Below, one piece after another: positions 13,501 through 28,500 of a DNA stretch of 64,000 bases. The stretch lies in assembly GCF_009914755.1 (NCBI RefSeq), contig NC_060948.1. One strand, given 5' to 3'. Numbering within the stretch: position 1 is the stretch's first letter; each line of letters opens with the position of its first letter. Origin of the DNA: the human T2T-CHM13v2.0 reference genome, Homo sapiens. Below the pieces are notes generated by a model. The model saw only the letters and a list, made by a program, of their open reading frames with translations. It searched no databases and was not told the origin of the DNA. The position numbers were made by a program, and so were the translations under genes.

Positions 13501-16500
13501 AATGGAATGGAATTCATTGGAATGGAAGGGAATGTAGTGTAATGGACAGGCCTGGAATAAAGTGGAATGCTACGGTCTCGAATGGAATAAAAATGTATGG
13601 AATGGAATGCAATGAAACGGAATCGAATGTCATAGAATGTAATGGAATGCAAAAAAATGGAATCCAAAATCATTGACTGGAAAGGCTGGGTGTCGAAAGG
13701 AATTGACTCCAATGGAATGGAATCGAATGGAATGGAAGTGAATAGAATCGAACTAAATCGAATGGAATGGAATTGATAGGAACGGAATGGAAAGGAATGC
13801 AATGATTTGGCATGGAATGGAATCGAATGGCATCGAATGGAATGGAATGGAATGCAATGGAATGGAATGTATTAGAATGTAATGAACTTTAATGGAATGT
13901 ACTCGAATGGATTCGACTGGAATGGAATGTTCTGGAAGTGAATGGACTCCAATGGAATGGATTCAAAAGGAATGGAATCGTACGGAATGGAATCTAATGG
14001 AATGGAATTAAATGGAAATGAATCAAATTGAATAGCACGGAATTGAATTGAATGGAATCGAATGCAATGGAATCTAATGAAACGGAAAGGAAAGGAATGG
14101 AATGGAATGGAATGGGCTGGAATGGAAAGGAATCGAAACGAATGGAATGGAATCGAACTGAAGAGACTGGAATGGAATGCACTGGAATGGAAGGGAGTGT
14201 AATGGAAGGTTCTCGAAAAAAATGGAATCGAATGGAATGGAATTGAATGGAACGGAATAGAGTCGAATGGAATTGAATGGAATGGAATGGACTAGAGTGA
14301 AATGGAATCGAACCACAAGGAATGGACAGGAATAGAATGGTCTCGAATTGAATGGAATCGTATGGAATGGCATCAAACGGAATGGAATGGACAGCCACGG
14401 AATGGAATGCACTCGAATGCAATGGAGTCGAAACTAATGGACTGGAATAGAATGGACTCGACTGGTACGGACTCCAATGGAAGGGAATCGAATGGAAGGG
14501 AATCGAACGGAATGGACTCGAAGGGAAAAGACTGCAATGGAAAGGTCTCGAATGGAATGGAAATTAATGGAATGGAATGGAATCGAATGAAATGGAGTCA
14601 AAAGGAATGGAATCGAATGGCAAGAAATCGAATGTAATGGAATCGCAAGGAATTGATGTGAACGGAACGGAATGGAATGGAATCCAAAGGAATGGAATAG
14701 AATGGAATGGAATCGAATGGAAAGGACTCGAATGGAAATCACTCGAATAGAATGCAATTTAATAAAATAGGATCAAATGTAATGGAATGGAATGGAAAGG
14801 AATCGAAACGAAAGGAATGGAGACAGATGGAATGGAATAGAACAGAGAGCAATGGTATAGAATGGAAAGGAATCATCTGGAATGGAATTGAATGGAATGG
14901 AATAATATGAAATGGAATGGAATGGAATGGAATGGAATGGAATGCCCTTGAATTAAATGGACTGGAATGGAATGGACTCGAACAGAGTGGAATGGAAAGT
15001 GTTGAGATAGAATGGAATGGACTCGTTTGGAATGGTCTAGTATGCAATGCAATCGACTGGCAGGGAATCAAAAGGAATGTAATCGAATGGATTGGACTGG
15101 AATGCAATGGACTCGAATAGATTGCAAACGGAATGCAAAGGAATGGAATGGAATAGTATGGAATGGAATGGAAAGGAATGGAGTGGAATAGACTAGACTG
15201 GAATGGAATGGACTGGAAAGCAATGGACTGGAATGGAACTTTCTTGAATGGACTGGAATCAAACGGAATGGAATGCAATGCAATCAAATGGCATGGAATA
15301 AAATAGAATGAAAGAGAATCAAATGGAATTGAATCGAATGGAATCGAATGGATTGGAAAGGAATAGAATGGAATGGAATGGAATGGACTAGAATGGAATG
15401 GATTCGAATGGAAGGCAAAGGAATGGAATCTATTGGAATGGACTGTAATGGAATGGAATGGAAGGGATTGGAATGGACTCGAATGGAATGGACTGCAATA
15501 GAAAGGATTCGAATGGAATGAAAAAGAATTGAATGGAATAGAACAGAATGGAATCAAATCGAATGAAATGGAATGGAATAGAAAGGAATGGAATGAAATG
15601 GAATGGAAAGGATTCGAATGGAATGCAATCGAATGGAATGGAATCGAACGGAATGGAATAAAATGGAAGAAAACTGGCAAGAAATGGAATCGAAATGAAT
15701 GGAGTGTTATGGAACGGACTCAAAAGGAATTGAATGTAATAGAATGGAGTGGAGTGGACTCGAATATAATGGACTGGAATGGAATGAAATCACATGGAAT
15801 GGGAACGAATGGAATGGAATGGAAAGGAATGGAATCGAATGGAAAGGAATCGAATGGAAGGGAATGAAATTGAATCAACAGGAATGGAAGGGAATAGAAT
15901 AGACGGTAATGGAATGGAATCGAATAGAATGGACACGAATGCTCAAATGGAATGGACTCGAATGGAATGGAAACGAAAGGAATGTCATTGAATGGAATTG
16001 AATCGATTGGAATGAAATCGCATAGAATGGAGTGGAATCAAATGGAATTGAATCGAAAGGAAAGGAAGCGAATGGACTGAAATGAAATGGAATGGAATTG
16101 AATGGAAAGTAATGCAATGGAATAGAATGGAACGAAATTTCACGGAATGGAATCAAACTGAATGGAATCAAATCAATGGAATCCAATCAAATGGAATGGA
16201 GTAGATTGGATTGGATGGGATTGGAATGAAATGTACTGGAAAGGGCTCGAATTTCATGAAACGGAATGGAATGAATTGGAACGGAATGGACTCGAATGGA
16301 ATGGAATGTCATAGAATGGCATCAAATGGAATGGCATCAAATGGAATGGAATCGAATGCAATGGAATGCTATGGAATGGAATGGAATGCATTGGAATGGA
16401 ATGTCCTCTAATGGAATGGATTCGAGTGGAATGGAATCGAATATAATGGAGTCGAATGAAATGGAATTGAAAGGAATGGGATCGAATACAATGGAATATA

Positions 16501-19500
16501 CTGGAATGTAATGTAATGAACTCGAATGTAATTGACTGGAATGGAATGTACATGAATGGAATGTAATCGAATGGAAAGTAATCCAATGGAATAGAATCTA
16601 ATGCAATAAAATCGACTCAGATAGAGTAGAATGTAATGGAATGGAGTGCAGTGCAATGGAATGGAATGGAATGGAATGCAATGGAATGGAATGGAATGGA
16701 ATGGAATGGAATGGAATGGAATGGAATGGAATGGGATGGAATGGTATGGAATGGATGGTAATGGACTGGAGTGAAATGGACTGGAAAGGAATGGACTCAA
16801 ATTGAAAGGGCTGGAAAGGAATGGAGTCAAATGGAATGGTCTGGAATGGAATGAACACGAAAGTAATGCAATCCAATAGAATGGAATCGAATGGCATGGA
16901 ATATAATGAAATGGAATCGAAGAGAATGGAAACAAATGGAATGGAATTGAATGGAATGGAATTGAATGGAATGGGAACGAATGGAGTGAAATTGTATGCA
17001 GTAGAAGGGAATAGAATGGAATGCAAGCGAAAGGAAAGGAATGGATTGGAAAGGAATGGAATTCATTGGAATGGAAGGGAATGTAGTGTAATGGACAGGC
17101 CTGGAATAAAGTGGAATGCTACGGTCTCGAATGGAATAAAAATGTATGGAATGGAATGCAATGAAACGGAATCGAATGTCATAGAATGTAATGGAATGCA
17201 AAAAACTGGAATCCAAAATCATTGACTGGAAAGGCTGGGTGTCGAAAGGAATTGACTCCAATGGAATGGAATCGAATGGAATGGAAGTGAATAGAATCGA
17301 ACTAAATCGAATGGAATGGAATTGATAGGAACGGAATGGAAAGGAATGCAATGATTTGGCACGGAATGGAATCGAATGGCATCGAACGGAATGGAATGGA
17401 ATGCAATTGAATGGAACGTATTAGAATGTAATGAACTTTAATGGAATGTACTCGAATGGATTCGACTGTAATGGAATGTTGTGGAAGTGAATGGACTCCA
17501 ATGGAATGGATTCAAAAGGAATGGAATCGTACGGAATGGAATCTAATGGAATGGAATTAAATGGAAATGAATCAAATTGAATAGCATGGAATTGAATTGA
17601 ATGGAATCGAATGCAATGGAATCTAATGAAACGGAAAGGAAAGGAATGGAATGGAATGGAATGGGCTGGAATGGAAAGGAATCGAAACGAATGGAATGGA
17701 ATCGAACTGAAGAGACTGGAATGGAATGCACTGGAATGGAAGGGAGTGTAATGGAAGGTTCTCGAAAAAAATGGAATCGAATGGAATGGAATTGAATGGA
17801 ACGGAATAGAGTCAAATGGAATTGAATGGAATGGAATGGACTAGAGTGAAATGGAATCGAACCACAAGGAATGGACAGGAATAGAATGGTCTCGAATTGA
17901 ATGGAATCGTATGGAATGGCATCAAACGGAATGGAATGGACAGCCACGGAATGGAATGCACTCGAATGCAATGGAGTCGAAACTAATGGACTGGAATAGA
18001 ATGGATTCGACTGGTACGGACTCCAATGGAATGGAATCGAATGGATGGGAATCGAACGGAATGGACTCGAAGGGAAAAGACTGCAATGGAAAGGTCTCGA
18101 ATGGAATGGAAATTAATGGAATGGAATGGAATCGAATGAAATGGAGTCAAAAGGAATGGAATCGAATGGCAAGAAATCGAATGTAATGGAATCGCAAGGA
18201 ATTGATGTGAACGGAACGGAATGGAATGGAATCCAAAGGAATGGAATAGAATGGAATGGAATCGAATGGAAAGGACTCGAATGGAAATCACTCGAATAGA
18301 ATGCAATTTAATAAAATAGGATCAAATGTAATGGAATGGAATGGAAAGGAATCGAAACGAAAGGAATGGAGACAGATGGAATGGAATGGAACAGAGAGCA
18401 ATGGTATAGAATGGAATGGAATCATCAGGAATGGAATTGAATGGAATGGAATAATATGAAATGGAATGGAATGGAATGGAATGGAATGCCCTTGAATTAA
18501 ATGGACTGGAATGGAATGGACTCGAACAGAGTGGAATGGAAAGTGTTGAGATAGAATGGAATGGACTCGTTTGGAATGGTCTAGTATGCAATGCAATCGA
18601 CTGGCAGGGAATCAAAAGGAATGTAATGGAATGGATTGGACTGGAATGCAATGGACTCGAATAGATTGGAAACGGAATGCAAAGGAATGGAATGGAATAG
18701 TATGTAATGGAATGGAAAGGAATGGAGTGGAATAGACTAGAGTGGAATGGAATGGACTGGAAAGCAATAGACTGGAATGGAACTTTCTTGAATGGACTGG
18801 AATCAAACGGAATGGAATGCAATGCAATCAAATGGCATGGAATAAAATAGAATGAAAGAGAATCAAATGGAATTGAATCGAATGGAATCGAATGGATTGG
18901 AAAGGAATAGAATGGAATGGAATGGAATTGACTCAAATGGAATGGACTAGAATGGAATGGATTCGAATGGAAGGCAAAGGAATGGAATCTATTGGAATGG
19001 ACTGGAATGGAATGGAAGGGATTGGAATGGACTCGAATGGAATGGACTGCAATAGAAAGGATTCGAATGGAATGAAAAAGAATTGAATGGAATAGAACAG
19101 AATGGAATCAAATCGAATGAAATGGAATGGAATAGAAAGGAATGGAATGAAATGGAATGGAAAGGATTCGAATGGAATGCAATCGAATGGAATGGAATCG
19201 AACGGAATGGAATAAAATGGAAGAAAACTGGCAAGAAATGGAATCGAAATGAATGGAGTGTTATGGAACGGACTCAAAAGGAATTGAATGTAATAGAATG
19301 GAGTGGAGTGGACTCGAATATAATGGACTGGAATGGAATGAAATCACATGGAATGGGAACGAATGGAATGGAATGGAAAGGAATGGAATCGAATGGAAAG
19401 GAATCGAATGGAAGGGAATGAAATTGAATCAACAGGAATGGAAGGGAATAGAATAGACGGTAATGGAATGGACTCGAATTGAATGGACACGAATGCTCAA

Positions 19501-22500
19501 ATTGAATGGACAAGAATGGAATGGAAACGAAAGGAATGTCATCGAATGGAATTGAATCGATTGGAATGAAATCGCATAGAATGGAGTGGAATCAAATGGA
19601 ATTGAATCGAAAGGAAAGGAAGCGAATGGACTGAAATGAAATGGAATGGAATTGAATGGAAAGTAATGCAATGGAATAGAATGGAACGAAATTTCACGGA
19701 ATGGAATCAAACTGAATGGAATCAAATCAATGGAATCTAATCAAATGGAATGGAAAGGAATTGAATGGAGTAGATTGGATTGGATGGGATTGGAATGAAA
19801 TGTACTGGAAAGGACTCGAATTTCATGAAACGGAATGGAATGAATTGGAACGGAATGGACTCGAATGGAATGGAATGTCATGGAATGGCATCAAATGGAA
19901 TGGCATCAAATGGAATGGAATCGAATGCAATGGAATGCTATGGAATGGAATGGAATGCATTGGAATGGAATGTCCTCTAATGGAATGGATTCGAGTGGAA
20001 TGGAATCGAATATAATGGAGTCGAATGAAATGGAATTGAAAAGAATGGGATCGAATACAATGGAATATACTGGAATGTAATGTAATGAACTCGAATGTAA
20101 TTGACTGGAATGGAATGTACATGAATGGAATGTAATCGAATGGAAAGTAATCCAATGGAATAGAAACTAATGCAATAAAATCGACTCAAATAGAGTAGAA
20201 TGTAATGGAATGGAGTGCAGTGCAATGGAATGGAATGGAATGGAATGCAATGGAATGGAATGGAATGGAATGGAATGGGATGGAATGGTGTGGAATGGAT
20301 AGTAATGGACTGGTGTGAAATGGACTGGAAAGGAATGGACTCAAATTGAAAGGGCTCGAAAGGAATGGAGTCAAATGGAATGGTCTGGAATGGAATGAAC
20401 ACGAATGTAATGCAATCCAATAGAATGGAATCGAATGGCATGGAATATAAAGAAATGGAATCGAAGAGAATGGAAACAAATGGAATGGAATTGAATGGAA
20501 CGGAATTGAATGGAATGGGAAGGAATGGAGTGAAATTGTATGCAGTAGAAGAGAATAGAATGGAATGCAAGTGAAAGGAAAGGAATGGATTGGAATGGAA
20601 TGGAATTCATTGGAATGGAAGGGAATGTAGTGTAATGGACAGGCCTGGAATAAAGTGGAATGCTACGGTCTCGAATGGAATAAAAATGTATGGAATGGAA
20701 TGCAATGAAACGGAATCGAATGTCATAGAATGTAATGGAATGCAAAAAAATTGGAATCCAAAATCATTGACTGGAAAGGCTGGGTGTCGAAAGGAATTGA
20801 CTCCAATGGAATGGAATCGAATGGAATGGAAATGAATAGAATCGAACTAAATCGAATGGAATGGAATTGATAGGAACGGAATGGAAAGGAATGCAATGAT
20901 TTGGCATGGAATGGAATCGAATGGCATCGAATGGAATGGAATGGAATGCAATGGAATGGAATGTATTAGAATGTAATGAACTTTAATGGAATGTACTCGA
21001 ATGGATTCGACTGGAATGGAATGTTGTGGAAGTGAATGGACTCCAATGGAATGGATTCAAAAGGAATGGAATCGTACGGAATGGAATCTAATGGAATGGA
21101 ATTAAATGGAAATGAATCAAATTGAATAGCACGGAATTGAATTGAATGGAATGGAATGCAATGGAATCTAATGAAACGGAAAGGAAAGGAATGGAATGGA
21201 ATGGAATGGGCTGGAATGGAAAGGAATCGAAACGAATGGAATGGAATCGAACTGAAGAGACTGGAATGGAATGCACTGGAATGGAAGGGAGTGTAATGGA
21301 AGGTTCTCGAAAAAAATGGAATCGAATGGAATGGAATTGAATGGAACGGAATAGAGTCGAATGGAATTGAATGGAATGGAATGGACTAGAGTGAAATGGA
21401 ATCGAACCACAAGGAATGGACAGGAATAGAATGGTCTCGAATTGAATGGAATCGTATGGAATGGCATCAAACGAAATGGAATGGACAGCCACGGAATGGA
21501 ATGCACTCGAATGCAATGGAGTCGAAACTAATGGACTGGAATAGAATGGACTCGACTGGTACGGACTCCAATGGAATGGAATCGAATGGAAGGGAATCGA
21601 ACGGAATGGACTCGAAGGGAAAAGACTGCAATGGAAAGGTCTCGAATGGAATGGAAATTAATGGAATGGAATGGAATCGAATGAAATGGAGTCAAAAGGA
21701 ATGGAATCGAATGGCAAGAAATCGAATGTAATGGAATCGCAAGGAATTGATGTGAACGGAACGGAATGGAATGGAATCCAAAGGAATGGAATAGAATGGA
21801 ATGGAATCGAATGGAAAGGACTCGAATGGAAATCACTCGAATAGAATGCAATTTAATAAAATAGGATCAAATGTAATGGAATGGAATGGAAAGGAATCGA
21901 AACGAAAGGAATGGAGACAGATGGAATGGAATGGAACAGAGAGCAATGGTATAGAATGGAATGGAATCATCTGGAATGGAATTGAATGGAATGGAATAAT
22001 ATGAAATGGAATGGAATGGAATGGAATGCCCTTGAATTAAATGGACTGGAATGGAATGGACTCGAACAGAGTGGAATGGAAAGTGTTGAGATAGAATGGA
22101 ATGGACTCGTTTGGAATGGTCTAGTATGCAATGCAATCGACTGGCAGGGAATCAAAAGGAATGTAATGGAATGGATTGGACTGGAATGCAATGGACTCGA
22201 ATAGATTGGAAACGGAATGCAAAGGAATGGAATGGAATAGTATGGAATGGAATGGAAAGGAATGCAGTGGAATAGACTAGAGTGGAATGGAATGGACTGG
22301 AAAGCAATGGACTGGAATGGAACTTTATTGAATGGACTGGAATCAAACGGAATGGAATGCAATGCAATCAAATGGCATGGAATAAAATAGAATGAAAGAG
22401 AATCAAATGGAATTGAATCGAATGGAATCGAATGGATTGGAAAGGAATAGAATGGAATGGAATGGAATTGACTCAAATGGAATGGACTAGAATGGAATGG

Positions 22501-25500
22501 ATTCGAATGGAAGGCAAAGGAATGGAATCTATTGGAATGGACTGTAATGGAATGGAATGGAAGGGATTGGAATGGACTCGAATGGAATGGACTGCAATAG
22601 AAAGGATTCGAATGGAATGAAAAAGAATAGAATGGAATAGAACAGAATGGAATCAAATCGAATGAAATGGAATGGAATAGAAAAGAATGGAATGAAATGG
22701 AATGGAAAGGATTCGAATGGAATGCAATCGAATGGAATGGAATCGAACGGAATGGAATAAAATGGAAGAAAACTGGCAAGAAATGGAATCGAAATGAATG
22801 GAGTGTTATGGAACGGACTCAAAAGGAATTGAATGTAATAGAATGGAGTGGAGTGGACTCGAATATAAGGGACTGGAATGGAATGAAATCACATGGAATG
22901 GGAACGAATGGAATGGAATGGAAAGGAATGGAATCGAATGGAAAGGAATCGAATGGAAGGGAATGAAATTGAATCAACAGGAATGGAAGGGAATAGAATA
23001 GACGGTAATGGAATGGACTCGAATAGAATGGACACGAATGCTCAAATTGAATGGACTCGAATGGAATGGAAACGAAAGGAATGTCATCGAATGGAATTGA
23101 ATCGATTGGAATGAAATCGCATAGAATGGAGTGGAATCAAATGGAATTGAATCGAAAGGAAAGGAAGCGAATGGACTGAAATGAAATGGAATGGAATTGA
23201 ATGGAAAGTAATGCAATGGAATAGAATGGAACGAAATTTCACGGAATGGAATCAAACTGAATGGAATCAAACCAATGGAATCAAATCAAATGGAATGGAA
23301 AGGAATTGAATGGAGTAGATTGGATTGGATGGGATTGGAATGAAATGTACTGGAAAGGACTCGAATTTCATGAAACGGAATGGAATGAATTGGAACGGAA
23401 CGGACTCGAATGGAATGGAATGTCATGGAATGGCATCAAATGGAATGGCATCAAATGGAATGGAATCGAATGTAATGGAATGCTATGGAATGGAATGGAA
23501 TGCATTTTAATGGAATGTCCTCTAATGGAATGGATTCGAGTGGAATGGAATCGAATATAATGGAGTCGAATGAAATGGAATTGAAAGGAATGGGATCGAA
23601 TACAATGGAATATACTGGAATGTAATGTAATGAACTCGAATGTAATTGACTGGAATGGAATGTACATGAATGGAATGTAATCGAATGGAAAGTAATCCAA
23701 TGGAATAGAATCTAATGCAATAAAATCGACTCAGATAGAGTAGAATGTAATGGAATGGAGTGCAGTGCAATGGAATGGAATGGAATGGAATGCAATGGAA
23801 TGGAATGGAATGGAATGGAATGGAATGGAATGGAATGGTGTGGAATGGATAGTAATGGACTGGAGTGAAATGGACTGGAAAGGAATGGACTCAAATTGAA
23901 TGGGCTCGAAAGGAATGGAGTCAAATGGAATGGTCTGGAATGGAATGAACACGAATGTAATGCAATCCAATAGAATGGAATCGAATGGCATGGAATATAA
24001 AGAAATGGAATCGAAGAGAATGGAAACAAATGGAATGGAATTGAGTGGAATGGAATTGAATGGAATGGGAACGAATGGAGTGAAATTGTATGCAGTAGAA
24101 GAGAATAGAATGGAATGCAAGCGAAAGGAAAGGAATGGATTGGAATGGAATGGAATTCATTGGAATGGAAGGGAATGTAGTGTAATGGACAGGCCTGGAA
24201 TAAAGTGGAATGCTACGGTCTCGAATGGAATAAAAATGTATGGAATGGAATGCAATGAAACGGAATCGAATGTCATAGAATGTAATGGAATGCAAAAAAA
24301 TGGAATCCAAAATCATTGACTGGAAAGGCTGGGTGTCGAAAGGAATTGACTCCAATGGAATGGAATCGAATGGAATGGAAGTGAATAGAATCGAACTAAA
24401 TCGAATGGAATGGAATTGATAGGAACGGAATGGAAAGGAATGCAATGATTTGGCATGGAATGGAATCGAATGGCATCGAATGGAATGGAATGGAATGCAA
24501 TGAAATGGAATGTATTAGAATGTAATGAACTTTAATGGAATGTACTCGAATGGATTCGACTGGAATGGAATGTTCTGGAAGTGAATGGACTCCAATGGAA
24601 TGGATTCAAAAGGAATGGAATCGTACGGAATGGAATCTAATGGAATGGAATTAAATGGAAATGAATCAAATTGAATAGCACGGAATTGAATTGAATGGAA
24701 TGGAATGCAATGGAATCTAATGAAACGGAAAGGAAAGGAATGGAATGGAATGGAATGGGCTGGAATGGAAAGGAATCGAAACGAATGGAATGGAATCGAA
24801 CTGAAGAGACTGGAATGGAATGCACTGGAATGGAAGGGAGTGTAATGGAAGGTTCTCGAAAAAAATGGAATGGAATGGAATGGAATTGAATGGAACGGAA
24901 TAGAGTCGAATGGAATTGAATGGAATGGAATGGACTAGAGTGAAATGGAATCGAACCACAAGGAATGGACAGGAATAGAATGGTCTCGAATTGAATGGAA
25001 TCGTATGGAATGGCATCAAACGGAATGGAATGGACAGCCACGGAATAGAATGCACTCGAATGCAATGGAGTCGAAACTAATGGACTGGAATAGAATGGAC
25101 TCGACTGGTACGGACTCCAATGGAATGGAATCGAATGGAAGGGAATCGAACGGAATGGACTCGAAGGGAAAAGACTGCAATGGAAAGGTCTCGAATGGAA
25201 TGGAAATTAATGGAATGGAATGGAATCGAATGAAATGGAGTCAAAAGGAATGGAATCGAATGGCAAGAAATCGAATGTAATGGAATCGCAAGGAATTGAT
25301 GTGAACGGAACGGAATGGAATGGAATCCAAAGGAATGGAATAGAATGGAATGGAATCGAATGGAAAGGACTCGAATGGAAATCACTCGAATAGAATGCAA
25401 TTTAATAAAATAGGATCAAATGTAATGGAATGGAATGGAAAGGAATCGAAACGAAAGGAATGGAGACAGATGGAATGGAATGGAACAGAGAGCAATGGTA

Positions 25501-28500
25501 TAGAATGGAATGGAATCATCTGGAATGGAATTGAATGGAATGGAATAATATGAAATGGAATGGAATGGAATGGAATGGAATGCCCTTGAATTAAATGGAC
25601 TGGAATGGAATGGACTCGAACAGAGTGGAATGGAAAGTGTTGAGATAGAATGGAATGGACTCCTTTGGAATGGTGTAGTATGCAATGCAATCGACTGGCA
25701 GGGAATCAAAAGGAATGTAATGGAATGGATTGGACTGGAATGCAATGGACTCGAATAGATTGGAAACGGAATGCAAAGGAATGGAATGGAATAGTATGGA
25801 ATGGAATGGAAAGGAATGGAGTGGAATAGACTAGAGTGGAATGGAATGGACTGGAAAGCAATGGACTGGAATGGAACTTTCTTGAATGGACTGGAATCAA
25901 ACGGAATGGAATGCAATGCAATCAAATGGCATGGAATAAAATAGAATGAAAGAGAATCAAATGGAATTGAATCGAATGGAATCGAATGGATTGGAAAGGA
26001 ATAGAATGGAATGGAATGGAATTGACTCAAATGGAATGGACTAGAATGGAATGGATTCGAATGGAAGGCAAAGGAATGGAATCTATTGGAATGGACTGTA
26101 ATGGAATGGAATGGAAGGGATTGGAATGGACTCGAATGGAATGGACTGCAATAGAAAGGATTCGAATGGAATGAAAAAGAATTGAATGGAATAGAACAGA
26201 ATGGAATCAAATCGAATGAAATGGAATGGAATAGAAAGGAATGGAATGAAATGGAATGGAAAGGATTCGAATGGAATGCAATCGAATGGAATGGATTCGA
26301 ACGGAATGGAATAAAATGGAAGAAAACTGGCAAGAAATGGAATCGAAATGAATGGAGTGTTATGGAACGGACTCAAAAGGAATTGAATGTAATAGAATGG
26401 AGTGGAGTGGACTCGAATATAATGGACTGGAATGGAATGAAATCACATGGAATGGGAACGAATGGAATGGAATGGAAAGGAATGGAATCGAATGGAAAGG
26501 AATCGAATGGAAGGGAATGAAATTGAATCAACAGGAATGGAAGGGAATAGAATAGACGGTAATGGAATGGACTCGAATAGAATGGACACGAATGCTCAAA
26601 TTGAATGGACTCGAATGGAATGGAAACGAAAGGAATGTCATCGAATGGAATTGAATCGATTGGAATGAAATCGCATAGAATGGAGTGGAATCAAATGGAA
26701 TTGAAACGAAAGGAAAGGAAGCGAATGGACTGAAATGAAATGGAATGGAATTGAATGGAAAGTAATGCAATGGAATAGAATGGAACGAAATTTCACGGAA
26801 TGGAATCAAACTGAATGGAATCAAATCAATGGAATCCAATCAAATGGAATGGAGTAGATTGGATTGGATGGGATTGGAATGAAATGTACTGGAAAGGACT
26901 CGAATTTCATGAAACGGAATGGAATGAATTGGAACGGAATGGACTCGAATGGAATGGAATGTCATGGAATGGCATCAAATGGAATGGCATCAAATGGAAT
27001 GGAATCGAATGCAATGGAATGGTATGGAATGGAATGGAATGCATTGGAATGGAATGTCCTCTAATGGAATGGATTCGAGTGGAATGGAATCGAATATAAT
27101 GGAGTCGAATGAAATGGAATTGAAAGGAATGGGATCGAATACAATGGAATATACTGGAATGTAATGTAATGAACTCGAATATAATTGACTGGAATGGAAT
27201 GTACATGAATGGAATGTAATCGAATGGAAAGTAATCCAATGGAATAGAATCTAATGCAATAAAATCGACTCAGATAGAGTAGAATGTAATGGAATGGAGT
27301 GCAGTGCAATGGAATGGAATGGAATGGAATGCAATGGAATGGAATGGAATGGAATGGAATGGAATGGAATGGGATGGAATGGGATGGAATGGTATGGAAT
27401 GGATGGTAATGGACTGGAGTGAAATGGACTGGAAAGGAATGGACTCAAATTGAAAGGGCTGGAAAGGAATGGAGTCAAATGGAATGGTCTGGAATGGAAT
27501 GAACACGAAAGTAATGCAATCCAATAGAATGGAATCGAATGGCATGGAATATAATGAAAAGGAATCGAAGAGAATGGAAACAAATGGAATGGAATTGAAT
27601 GGAATGGAATTGAATGGAATGGGAACGAATGGAGTGAAATTGTATGCAGTAGAAGGGAATAGAATGGAATGCAAGCGAAAGGAAAGGAATGGATTGGAAT
27701 GGAATGGAATTCATTGGAATGGAAGGGAATGTAGTGTAATGGACAGGCCTGGAATAAAGTGGAATGCTACGGTCTCGAATGGAATAAAAATGTATGGAAT
27801 GGAATGCAATGAAACGGAATCGAATGTCATAGAATGTAATGGAATGCAAAAAAATGGAATCCAAAATCATTGACTGGAAAGGCTGGGTGTCGAAAGGAAT
27901 TGACTCCAATGGAATGGAATCGAATGGAATGGAAGTGAATAGAATCGAACTAAATCGAATGGAATGGAATTGATAGGAACGGAATGGAAAGGAATGCAAT
28001 GATTTGGCACGGAATGGAATCGAATGGCATCGAACGGAATGGAATGGAATGCAATTGAATGGAACGTATTAGAATGTAATGAACTTTAATGGAATGTACT
28101 CGAATGGATTCGACTGGAATGGAATGTTCTGGAAGTGAATGGACTCCAATGGAATGGATTCAAAAGGAATGGAATCGTACGGAATGGAATCTAATGGAAT
28201 GGAATTAAATGGAAATGAATCAAATTGAATAGCATGGAATTGAATTGAATGGAATCGAATGCAATGGAATCTAATGAAACAGAAAGGAAAGGAATGGAAT
28301 GGAATGGAATGGGCTGGAATGGAAAGGAATCGAAACGAATGGAATGGAATCGAACTGACGAGACTAGAATGGAATGCACTGGAATGGAAGGGAGTGTAAT
28401 GGAAGGTTCTCGAAAAAAATGGAATGGAATGGAATGGAATTGAATGGAACGGAATAGAGTCGAATGGAATTGAATGGAATGGAATGGACTAGAGTGAAAT

